From Amoeboradix gromovi X-113 (taxonomy: Eukaryota > Fungi > Sanchytriomycota): a stretch of 17,537 nucleotides of DNA. The position numbers and the translations under genes are program-made. Below are positions 8,566 through 17,177 of this stretch, piece by piece. The stretch lies in contig JADGIF010000145.1 in the NCBI GenBank assembly GCA_018985225.1, positions 1 to 17,537 of the forward strand, in the 5' to 3' direction. The notes under the pieces are model-generated. The model was not told the origin of the DNA and did not search any database. It saw only the letters and a program-made list of their open reading frames with translations. Numbering within the stretch: the stretch's first letter is position 1; every line of letters starts with the position of its first letter.

Positions 8566-9141
8566 ATCTCAAGGAACGCCCCTGGATATTTGTTATGAAT
8601 TGTAAAAACTACTTTTTCTAAAATTCGACTTTATAAATTGTAGCTGCGTCCAACTTTAAATATGCTAGCAAACTGGTACATACCTGGCGATTTACCGTCA
8701 AAATTAAACATTTTCATCGTCGAAAATATCACTCTGTAGTTTTTTATTGTCATTTAACGGCAGTCTTGATTTAAAGTAAAGGTATAGAAAGAGCTCAAAA
8801 TAAATGGGAACACTGTAATTCATAATACGAACCCATAACGACAGCAACTTGTCCAGGTTTAGCTTCGCCAAATGTGCAATAAAATATAATCACTGCAAAT
8901 TATGATGTTAACTAGTACGTGATGCCAGGCTCAACCCCATTCCTTCATGGTGCTATTATAAAAATCAAACGCTTTGGCTTGAAAGTTTTAGCAGACGATT
9001 TTTTTTCAGATAATCTGTTTTTGATTAAATCTTAACAGGTTTATGAAAATGAGGTGTTGGACATCAGGATACTTATCGCCGACAAATTGCCAAGTGTGAA
9101 TTTTACTCGGTTGCTTTAAACTAAGCGCACCTTTCCTGATT

Positions 9142-9435
9142 ATGATATACAGTTCATTCATCTTCTGCGGACCTACCAATGATCTTTTTGTAACAGGAAG
9201 TGCAATTGTAAAAAATCTTGAACAATTAAACTTGGGATACTTTATTGCTGTGACCTGTTTGTTACTGTTTCTTGTTGGTATCCAGTCTATGGTCGTGAAG
9301 ACGAAGCCAATTAAGAATCACTTCGCAGAGCTTCGTGAAGTTCGAGAATGCACCAAGTCGGATTCCAAATACCCGTTCGTTCAACGAACACTTTTGGTTA
9401 TACCTAAAAGACCTAATAGTCATGAAGATTTGTAA
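9142..9435 (+). CDS. Probable 3' part of a membrane protein gene
   Basis: TM-like segment LGYFIAVTCLLLFLVGIQSMVV and AATAAA 5 nt after the stop. Upstream exon structure is unresolved. Confidence 0.4.
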   Translation: MIYSSFIFCGPTNDLFVTGSAIVKNLEQLNLGYFIAVTCLLLFLVGIQSMVVKTKPIKNHFAELREVRECTKSDSKYPFVQRTLLVIPKRPNSHEDL

Positions 9436-9465
9436 AACTGAATAAACTCTTTAACGCATTCTTAT

Positions 9466-10356
9466 TTATTGCAATGGTGCATGCTTTCTTATTTTAATTT
9501 TTGCTTCATCAAACATCGCCATACAAACGTGCCTTAATTCTGTGTTGTAATCTTGATCATAAATAACCTCCGATATCCCCATCTGAACAATCTTCTTTGC
9601 ACAGCTTACACACGGGAACAGCGTGCAATACAATTTACAAGGGTAGGTGAGCCTAGGCTTTCCGGCTTCCAATATAGCGTTCTCCTCCGCGTGTAAACAG
9701 AAGCAGGTATCTAAGTTAACACCAGCAGAAGCGCCTGCATTGCATCTACCACAACCACTGTCTCTGCAATTTTTAAGTCCAGAAGGAGTTCCATTGTACC
9801 CAGTGCTAACAATTCGGTTGTTATGGATAATAACACAACCAACTTGTCTTTTCATGCAATTTGATCTCTTAGAAGCTAGTGTGCATATCCTAATAAAGTA
9901 GGTATCCCAACCAGGTCGGATGAACTCGTCATTGACTACATTTAATTTTTGCAAATGTTCCTTCAGTTCCTCAACAGTATTGAATTCATTTAAAATTTTG
10001 ACATTTGCAGCCTGGATAATATCGTAGTAGTTTTGACTTCCTGGTTGTGCATAGTGCTCGAAAAAAGTGTCTTTAGAAGTTTCCTTACCAAATTTTGACT
10101 CAAATCTTGCAAATCGCTTTGGAATTGAGGCATCAATAAACAAGAAACAAATAAAAGGTCTTTTATGAAGTGATTTCCAGTGATTTTCAACGTTGATTAA
10201 GCAAAACTTTTCGTTCCATCGAGGAGTCAAGAAAGCTAACAACTCGTCAGACTCAGTATAGCCATGACAGTCTATAATTGTTAACCCATGTAGTTTCTGA
10301 AGAATTTCTTTGCATGTCGTCATACCAGAGCAAGTTGTTCCTAAAATTGCAATCAT
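9466..10356 (-). CDS. DCD1: dCMP deaminase (fungal type with N-terminal P-loop-like domain)
   Basis: RPGWDTYF, RSNCMKRQVG, STGYNGTP, Zn/catalytic HAEENA and PCVSC. N-terminal MIAILGTTCSG as in fungal Dcd1. Confidence 0.95.
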   Translation of the reverse strand: MIAILGTTCSGMTTCKEILQKLHGLTIIDCHGYTESDELLAFLTPRWNEKFCLINVENHWKSLHKRPFICFLFIDASIPKRFARFESKFGKETSKDTFFEHYAQPGSQNYYDIIQAANVKILNEFNTVEELKEHLQKLNVVNDEFIRPGWDTYFIRICTLASKRSNCMKRQVGCVIIHNNRIVSTGYNGTPSGLKNCRDSGCGRCNAGASAGVNLDTCFCLHAEENAILEAGKPRLTYPCKLYCTLFPCVSCAKKIVQMGISEVIYDQDYNTELRHVCMAMFDEAKIKIRKHAPLQ

Positions 10357-10379
10357 CGCTTTAATATATTTAGGGATGA

Positions 10380-11339
10380 ATGAAGGAGCACAATCTCAAT
10401 TTTTTGGAGTTGTTCAGCGGCATCGGTGGACTGAGATTGGGATTTAAGAAATACATAAAATCTTGTGTTTCATTCGATATGAATGAAAATGCAAATTCGG
10501 TTTACAGAAGTAATTTTGATGAGATTCCAAACAACTCGTCCATAAACTGCTTAACAGTAAATAATTTGGCTGGCTTTGATGTATGGTTACTATCTCCAAA
10601 TTGCCAACCTTTTACTTTAGGTGGAAAGAATCTCGATGACAAGGACCAAAGAACGCTTCCTTTTTTAAACGTGATTTCGCAGCTACAGGTCATGAAAGAA
10701 AGAGACATTCCAAAAAGAATATTTATTGAAAACTCTCCTGGTTTTTATAGATCCAAGACATATCTCACGCTAACGAGAACGCTTTTATCTAGAGAATTCA
10801 CTATTCAGCCTATTTTTATTAGTCCGGATGATATTGGCATACCAAATAGACGGAAAAGGTGCTACATTCTAGCATGGAGATCTGTAAGCGACGAAAGGAC
10901 TTTATTACAGGGTAGATTAAATGATGCAGTATACTCTATACCGACTTTGCGAGCTTTTTTAGGCGACACCGAGAGCGGAGCTGTAGTTCCTATTGAGAAA
11001 ATGTTGAAATTCCCAAAGTATCGGTTTGATATAGTGTCCTTGGATTGTAATCACACCTCAACTTTTACAAAATCATATGGTAGAAACCTGATTGGTTCTG
11101 GTTCGTTGCTTGGTGACCGTTGCACTTTCCTTTGTGGCAATGATTGCAGCATAGACAGTGCTGTTAAATATCAGCCGCTTTTTTTATCAGTTGCACAATT
11201 ACTGAAACTATCTGGTTTTCCTGACAATTTTAAAATGGAATCTCTGACCACTACGCAAAAGTATGCTTTAATTGGAAATAGCGTGAATGTTTATGTGATA
11301 TCATATCTCGCAGATTATCTTATGAGCTGCAGTCGATAA
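10380..11339 (+). CDS. TRDMT1: DNMT2/TRDMT1-family cytosine-5 methyltransferase (divergent)
   Basis: Motif I LELFSGIGG, motif IV SPNCQPFT, motif VI ENSPGF, motif VIII GIPNRRKRCY, DNMT2-type (C/T)FTKSYG, and motif X YALIGNSVNV. Confidence 0.88.
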   Translation: MKEHNLNFLELFSGIGGLRLGFKKYIKSCVSFDMNENANSVYRSNFDEIPNNSSINCLTVNNLAGFDVWLLSPNCQPFTLGGKNLDDKDQRTLPFLNVISQLQVMKERDIPKRIFIENSPGFYRSKTYLTLTRTLLSREFTIQPIFISPDDIGIPNRRKRCYILAWRSVSDERTLLQGRLNDAVYSIPTLRAFLGDTESGAVVPIEKMLKFPKYRFDIVSLDCNHTSTFTKSYGRNLIGSGSLLGDRCTFLCGNDCSIDSAVKYQPLFLSVAQLLKLSGFPDNFKMESLTTTQKYALIGNSVNVYVISYLADYLMSCSR

Positions 11340-11374
11340 TAAATGACGGTTTTTCAATAATCTCAAATCTCCGT

Positions 11375-11881
11375 ATGAAACTTGACTTCCTCAAAGTGGC
11401 ACAACAAAAGTTAAATCTTCTGAAAGAACCATTAAGCACGCACCAACAGCATTTAGAATGCCTTAAAATTGTTCAAATTCCTGTTAAAAACTGGCAGTCT
11501 TTCAAGTTAAGTTCGCAATACTATTCTTACCTCGATTCCTATTTCAATGATACCGAAAAAGATTTGTCCAACATGCTTAAATGGCATATAATGTATTCTA
11601 ATAAAGATAATTCAAACGTTCAACTTTCAAATGGAATATCAGAGCGAATCAAATTCACTCCTGATCTCCAGGAGCAAGCGGAAAAGATAACTGATCCTTT
11701 AGAACTAGTTAAGTTTACAATTAATAATTTATCACCTTTAGGGCCTCTAAAGGTACTACCCACGCGTCATATTTTCCGTCAATGGTTTCTACAACAAGAT
11801 TGGCCCCCAAATGTATCATTTAAACCATTTGTAAAGCAAAATAAAAACTACAAGGTATCTACTAGTGATCTTGAAATATAA
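11375..11881 (+). CDS. Hypothetical protein (168 aa)
   Basis: ATG ORF that fills the DNMT2-NAT10 gap, with its stop fused to AATAAA. No motif recognised. Confidence 0.7.
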   Translation: MKLDFLKVAQQKLNLLKEPLSTHQQHLECLKIVQIPVKNWQSFKLSSQYYSYLDSYFNDTEKDLSNMLKWHIMYSNKDNSNVQLSNGISERIKFTPDLQEQAEKITDPLELVKFTINNLSPLGPLKVLPTRHIFRQWFLQQDWPPNVSFKPFVKQNKNYKVSTSDLEI

Positions 11882-11894
11882 TAAACACTTGAAT

Positions 11895-14855
11895 TTACTG
11901 TTTTTGCTTCTTTTTTAGACCTTTTTGCAGCATTTTTCTTTTTTTACTAGGCACGGCCACTATACCTTCCAATCCTACAACTCCCTCGAGATCACCACTT
12001 TCTATCTTGTAATCTTCCAAATTCAGTCGAAGAAGGCTTTCCTTTTGCATTTCTGAAGCTTCCATCTCTAATTCCTCATCTATCGTGATTTCTGGCTCTA
12101 TAGCTAATGGCACATGCTCAGCTGGTGCATTTAAATGTTTAACATCCAGTACGTTGTCCATGCTTACTTTCAAAAGCTCTTCCAAGCTGCTGTATACTCT
12201 CTTGACACCTTTAGTCAGCAATGCTAAAACTTGACTATTTGGTATCTTCATTTCCTGGCTGATCTCATGGATCTGTTTTCTTTGCAATCCTATGCCAAGC
12301 AGTATACTCTTTAACACTCCACTCAATTGCAGCACACCGTTCTCATTTTTTATCAATTCCAAATTCACATCATGCGCTATTTTTGGAAATAAATCAAGGA
12401 TAACGTGGTAATCTACAATGTTCATAGTGAAATACTTCAGTCTCTTGATCGAAGCTATTGAATAATGGTGCACTATACTGGATTCATCCACCAATGCCAT
12501 TTCAAATTGCTTTAACCCCTTTAGGACCATAATACTCAAGTCTAGGGGAAACGACTTGAAGTCATAAGACAAAAGCACCATAAATCTGTCCAACAAAGAG
12601 GATTGAAAGTCTCTAATAAAGTCTTCACACTTATCATTGTTACGTAACATAATTGCAGTGTGCTCACCAGTCATATCATTCATTGACTGACGAATATACA
12701 CCATTTTAAAGTCTAATTTATTCCAAAACTTGTATAGATCTGTAGTTAAACCAAAACTGACACCTAAATATGCTAGTTGCGGCGGAACAGATGAATCTAG
12801 AGGCGATAACATTGGAGCCAAAACATTATCTGATTGAGCAACATAATCAACGTCACCTCTTTCTTTTAAGGAAGCCATCGATGATTCAGTATACAGCTCA
12901 TTATGGTAGTATTTTATCAACTGCTCAACCGCGTATTTGCCATATCCCATTCTTTGGAAGCTAGGATGCGTAGCTATTCTTACAATCCTAACCCCATTTA
13001 AACTCATAAAATCATCAGATTGGAATTGTTGTGCTAGCACATGGGGAATTAAGTCACCATGAGTGTAGCTGTTATTGGTTTTACCCTCAATACAAACTTG
13101 AATTACCACTAATGGATTTGGTAACGAGTTTGGAGACGTGGGTGGAATCAAGACAAATAGGCGATGGGCAGGTGCATCACTCATTAGCTGCAGATCATTC
13201 GGTTGATTCTTGTAATGCGATGTTACAAACAGCCCAACTAATCGGTTTAAAAACACCTCACTGACTTTATGATGGCTAAATAATGTATCTCGATTGACAA
13301 CGTACAATTGGCATTGCTGAGGACAAGGCAGTTGATTTATCGAAGGACCTGGTTGAGCATTCAAACATAGCAGTTCGTTGAGCCATACCTCAATTGGATC
13401 ATTGTCGTGATATCTAATTGGCTCTATCAATTCAGATTCAATAAACACTGTAGATTTAGATTCTTTTAATTCTCCCAACAATTTAAGGCTTAATGACCTG
13501 CCGGTTCCCTCATACCCATTAACAGTGGATGATAGCCATGTCATATGCTGTGTATTTAGTAATTTTTTAATTTTGTTCAACGGAATTGCGGCTGCCTCGT
13601 CTATAATGAGCAGTTCACATTGCTGCAATATTGCATGGTCTTCAGGATTAATATATTGCACAGTCTGTCTATGATTCTTAAATATATTAATTCTGGTTAT
13701 GTGCTTATTAGAATTGCTAGAATAGTCATAATCAGCGTGCTGCTTGTATCCTAGTTGCTCCAGCCCTATAAACACAAACTCAAAAAATGTTTGCAAATTC
13801 TCTGGAGAAGGAGAAGTTACAAAAATATTAGAATACCCGTGGGCGATTGCAGATGCCAAACCTAAGCCTAATGCAGCAGATTTGCCCCGTCCTCTTGAAG
13901 CTGTTAATGCTAAGATGGATGCCAGATTTCCTGATTTCAGCATGCTGCCGATCTTTACAAGTGCTGAAGCTTGGTCCGTAGTTTTAGCTTTTTTTAATAA
14001 ATCAAACAGAATTTCATCGTCGGAATGCTCTTGTTTTAATAATGCTAGTTGTGGAGTATCTTCAACTTCTAATAATGATGTCATCGCCGTGACATTGCTA
14101 TTTGTTGATGATATGTGTTTGTTTTGACTTACAGGCAGTACAGTCAGTTCATCATCAATAACAAGACAATTCTCGCAATCCATTAAAGACATGATGAATC
14201 TTTCGTTAAATCTAGGAATCACAGTATCAAACTGGCTAGTCTTGAATCTAGCGTGAACATCCATAGTTAAACTGTGCAATTGTTTCAACGAATTGCCAGA
14301 CTTCAACAAAATGACAATGAGACCACCACCTTGAATGCATTCCATAGTACGAGCAAGTATGTTAGGGGTGATGGCTTCAAAATCCTGTAGCACAAGCATT
14401 CCGTAAGTGTTGCCGAGAATGTTTTGAGTCTCCTTATAATAGCAATATCGTATGTCCGTTGTCGAAATGAATGCGTCAAAGGGGTTGGATGTGTCTTGGT
14501 CCCTAAGACCTTTCTTGGCTAAAGTCTGCAAGTATTTCATTCTCTTTTTACGATTAGAACTAAATCCCAAATCTTTTTTATAACACCACAATACAGAAGG
14601 TCTTTTGATCCAGTGATTTGTGAGAAAGAAATGAAGATGCATAATTTGGTCCATTCCGTGCTCACCGACCATTACTAGAAACGAGCGATGGTGCTGTTGA
14701 ATGGCATTAGTTAACAAATGCTGGATTCTCATATCTACCTTTTTCTTGATTGTAGTTTTAGCATGTTTATCAATTGCATTTGGGATAGGTTTCGATTTCA
14801 TTGTTGGCATCCGGGGAAGAAGTTTCGGTGGGGTGAGTTTTTCAGTGAAGAGCAT
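11895..14855 (-). CDS. NAT10: RNA cytidine acetyltransferase NAT10/Kre33 (ac4C on 18S rRNA and tRNA)
   Basis: KKVD.RI, SVLWCYKKDLGFSS, Walker A ASRGRGKS, IIDEAAAIP, STVNGYEGTGRSLSLK, SHYKNQPNDLQ, GNAT RIVRIATHP..QRMGYG and a basic C-terminal NLS. No introns seen. The start may be 14855, 14810 or 14801. Confidence 0.97.
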   Translation of the reverse strand: MLFTEKLTPPKLLPRMPTMKSKPIPNAIDKHAKTTIKKKVDMRIQHLLTNAIQQHHRSFLVMVGEHGMDQIMHLHFFLTNHWIKRPSVLWCYKKDLGFSSNRKKRMKYLQTLAKKGLRDQDTSNPFDAFISTTDIRYCYYKETQNILGNTYGMLVLQDFEAITPNILARTMECIQGGGLIVILLKSGNSLKQLHSLTMDVHARFKTSQFDTVIPRFNERFIMSLMDCENCLVIDDELTVLPVSQNKHISSTNSNVTAMTSLLEVEDTPQLALLKQEHSDDEILFDLLKKAKTTDQASALVKIGSMLKSGNLASILALTASRGRGKSAALGLGLASAIAHGYSNIFVTSPSPENLQTFFEFVFIGLEQLGYKQHADYDYSSNSNKHITRINIFKNHRQTVQYINPEDHAILQQCELLIIDEAAAIPLNKIKKLLNTQHMTWLSSTVNGYEGTGRSLSLKLLGELKESKSTVFIESELIEPIRYHDNDPIEVWLNELLCLNAQPGPSINQLPCPQQCQLYVVNRDTLFSHHKVSEVFLNRLVGLFVTSHYKNQPNDLQLMSDAPAHRLFVLIPPTSPNSLPNPLVVIQVCIEGKTNNSYTHGDLIPHVLAQQFQSDDFMSLNGVRIVRIATHPSFQRMGYGKYAVEQLIKYYHNELYTESSMASLKERGDVDYVAQSDNVLAPMLSPLDSSVPPQLAYLGVSFGLTTDLYKFWNKLDFKMVYIRQSMNDMTGEHTAIMLRNNDKCEDFIRDFQSSLLDRFMVLLSYDFKSFPLDLSIMVLKGLKQFEMALVDESSIVHHYSIASIKRLKYFTMNIVDYHVILDLFPKIAHDVNLELIKNENGVLQLSGVLKSILLGIGLQRKQIHEISQEMKIPNSQVLALLTKGVKRVYSSLEELLKVSMDNVLDVKHLNAPAEHVPLAIEPEITIDEELEMEASEMQKESLLRLNLEDYKIESGDLEGVVGLEGIVAVPSKKRKMLQKGLKKKQKQ

Positions 14856-15150
14856 CAACGAAATTAAAATTATTACAATTCATTTCTTACAAACTGTAAT
14901 TAAAAGTATAGACCTGGTTCCGGAGCTTTTTCTGAAAGAGGAGGCAAGTTCGCTTATTTATTGACAATAACTGCGTACAACATTGAAATATCAGATTGGA
15001 TCAATACAGTAATTGCCATTATACATGGCAAATTTGATAAAAGGTACAGGTAAATATTGAGCGCTTCGTGAACAAATTAGCAAGACTAATGTCAGAGGGG
15101 TTATGGAGCCCAGCCACACAAACTGAGAAACGAAACCTCAATATCGATGA

Positions 15151-15546
15151 TCAAAACGACCATACATTATAATATCCCTCAAAATATCTAATTCATCGCA
15201 AAATGAATCTTCAAAAAAAGAGGTTTCTGGAAATACAAAATAAAAGATAACTGAATTGTATGAAGATCATGAAGCTCAATACCTTATTTTTATTGAGTGA
15301 TTAAAATCTTCTGTCCTCTACCAAATCTCTGACACCTTTACTAAATAAGTAGAAGCTCTTAAGATCGGACAATGGAGAAAGGGAAGATACAAATTTATGA
15401 ACAAACACGTGAAGTTGCCAATCAAAGTGCTAGAAGTTGGTCTCCATGACAGAGTTGAGCGCAAAGATTTAAAAAACTACGATGAGTTGCACGTGATACA
15501 TGGTGAGCAGAGATCTATTTATCATATCAGGAATACTGAAATATAG
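15151..15546 (+). pseudogene. Possible decayed ORF of unknown origin
   Basis: One frame runs 131 codons with only three internal stops (15241, 15298, 15346) in AT-rich DNA. No homology recognised with confidence. Confidence 0.25.
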
Positions 15547-15743
15547 CTAAATAAAAACTCTCAATTTTGATTCAATAAACCATTAAATGAGCCGCATTGC
15601 TCCAGCATGTTCCCTTTGCAACTGAGTAAAACTCGATAATCTTTCTTTTCATGAACTGCAAATGGCTCCAATTCGTCTCATACTGAAGATATAAGATCTT
15701 AAGATATCTCTAGTAGATACAAAATAGGTGCTATAGTATTTAG

Positions 15744-15839
15744 CACGGTCCAAGGTAAGGAGCGCTTGAAGCGTATAACACAAGAGGAATGACATTGATG
15801 GTATGAAATGAAGCATTTACTAATAGTCAAATGTGTACA
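15744..15839 (+). pseudogene. Degenerate Fanzor2/TnpB fragment, inverted relative to the right-edge copy
   Basis: 15782-15839 aligns to the reverse complement of 17481-17535 at 45/55 identity plus a 3-nt insertion. It reads RGMTLMV*NEAFTNSQMCT versus RGKTLVECNEAFT-SQTCT. An upstream frameshifted H...KERLKR fits the TnpB 'H..F..RL' helix. Confidence 0.85.
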
Positions 15840-15858
15840 TTTATTGTCCTAATATATA

Positions 15859-16479
15859 TCAGCTTTGTTTTGTAGCGTCTAACAAAGTCTTTGTGAATAA
15901 CTGCCCACTTGCTACCCCATCATCGTTGCCAATAATTGGGTAAGTAATCATTCTGATATCTTCATTGCTGTCACATAATGACACTGTAGGAATGTTGGCT
16001 TTCATGCACTCCAGCAAGGCAGTTTCTTTCAATGGTCCTTTTAGTATTGAAAATCTTTCGTCGCTGTACAATTGCAAAAGTGAAGGAACAATTATAACAG
16101 CTTCAGGAACAGTGTAGGAAGCCATTTTAGTATTCAGAAACATCCCGGGTTGATATGATGCAAATTTGGTACTTGACAATCTTGCCATTCGCATCGTGAT
16201 AGAGCAATCTCTGCTTCCCAACCACAATATTTTGTCAGAATCTTTTCGAAGTTCTTTTAGAAAGTGACTAGCTCTTCTTAACTGCTGTAATGAATGTTCT
16301 AAATGTAGAATATGTGTTTGACGCTGACCATATACATATGGTAACATATTTGGATGCATTTGCTTCGGCGAATGACCTAAATGCATATCTGATGCCATTA
16401 ATGTCGCTATTGTACATTGGTTAGCGGAATTGGGTAACTTTTGAGGCGATAATGATTGAATAGCGAGATTTTTTAACAT
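15859..16479 (-). CDS. MRP4: Mitochondrial small-subunit ribosomal protein uS2m
   Basis: uS2 motifs LMASDMHLGH...MLPYVYGQR..HILHL...LRRA, PGMF.N, A..EC...NIPTVSLCDSN and YPIIGNDD, with a presequence-like N-terminus. First ATG at 16479. Confidence 0.9.
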   Translation of the reverse strand: MLKNLAIQSLSPQKLPNSANQCTIATLMASDMHLGHSPKQMHPNMLPYVYGQRQTHILHLEHSLQQLRRASHFLKELRKDSDKILWLGSRDCSITMRMARLSSTKFASYQPGMFLNTKMASYTVPEAVIIVPSLLQLYSDERFSILKGPLKETALLECMKANIPTVSLCDSNEDIRMITYPIIGNDDGVASGQLFTKTLLDATKQS

Positions 16480-17177
16480 GGGGAAACGGGACAATTGCTC
16501 TGAAGACTAGATTTGAGGGACAAAATGGATGTCAAAAGAGAACATACGTTATTGGGTGTCTAGGACCCACCAAGGTGCCAGCTAAAACTACAACACCCTT
16601 ATGAGATCCTCTTTAAAGTTCTGGTCTCAGAGAATACTGAATTTCGACTGAGAGATTGATTAGAAAGTATGATGGGTTATGAGCAATTATAAGTGTTGAA
16701 ATATGACAATTTATAGAGGTAGAACTCTTGTATTCACTGCAGAAGATGCATTGAATCGAGATCGATTACTTTAACATCCTTCTTGCGTAGTAAATAGCAC
16801 GAAATAAATTTGTTGTTTTAATCTTACGCGACTTGCTTTTGCAAATTCTTCAGATCTTTTCTTTCTTGAAGCATGCATCAAGTCTTCATTAGCTATCTTT
16901 TTAGAATTGACACATTCAGGTGAACCCACTTCAATTGATGAAAAGAACGAACAGAGAGTTTTTATGCCAGTTGAAAATAACTGCAAAAAGAATTATTGGT
17001 AGAATAAAAGCCACATAGTCGCGATAAGTGCTTTATTAAATTAAACTTAATAACTGCCCATGTTTGCACAAGCCTAGCATAGCATTTCATCTTCTTATCT
17101 TTACCAAGATTGGCTGACTTATTGTTCAGCAACACCATGCTAATAATCTGACTAGTCTTTAAGCTGATTTTCAGCTG

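Noticed and set aside
8676-8760. U1 snRNA-like start (TACATACCTGGC)
   Set aside because: Mismatch to ACUUACCUG, with no U1 loop I/II motifs or convincing Sm site.
9065-9072. CAGGATAC match to the first 8 nt of the putative left-element guide
   Set aside because: An 8-nt match is expected by chance in a window this size and does not extend.
4169-14964. Short ORFs 4169-4378, 5199-5432, 6100-6330, 8039-8248, 9647-9901, 9990-10190, 10502-10708, 12770-12964, 13031-13264, 13744-14127 and 14701-14964
   Set aside because: They overlap better-supported genes or lie in promoter DNA, often start at non-ATG codons, and show no motifs.
15832-15839. Pumilio site (UGUACACA) downstream of MRP4
   Set aside because: One mismatch to UGUANAUA, located 3' of the AATAAA, and explained by the Fanzor relic sequence.
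16771-16986. 71-aa minus-strand ORF
   Set aside because: TTG start and no recognisable domain. It may be an exon or decayed fragment but cannot be supported.
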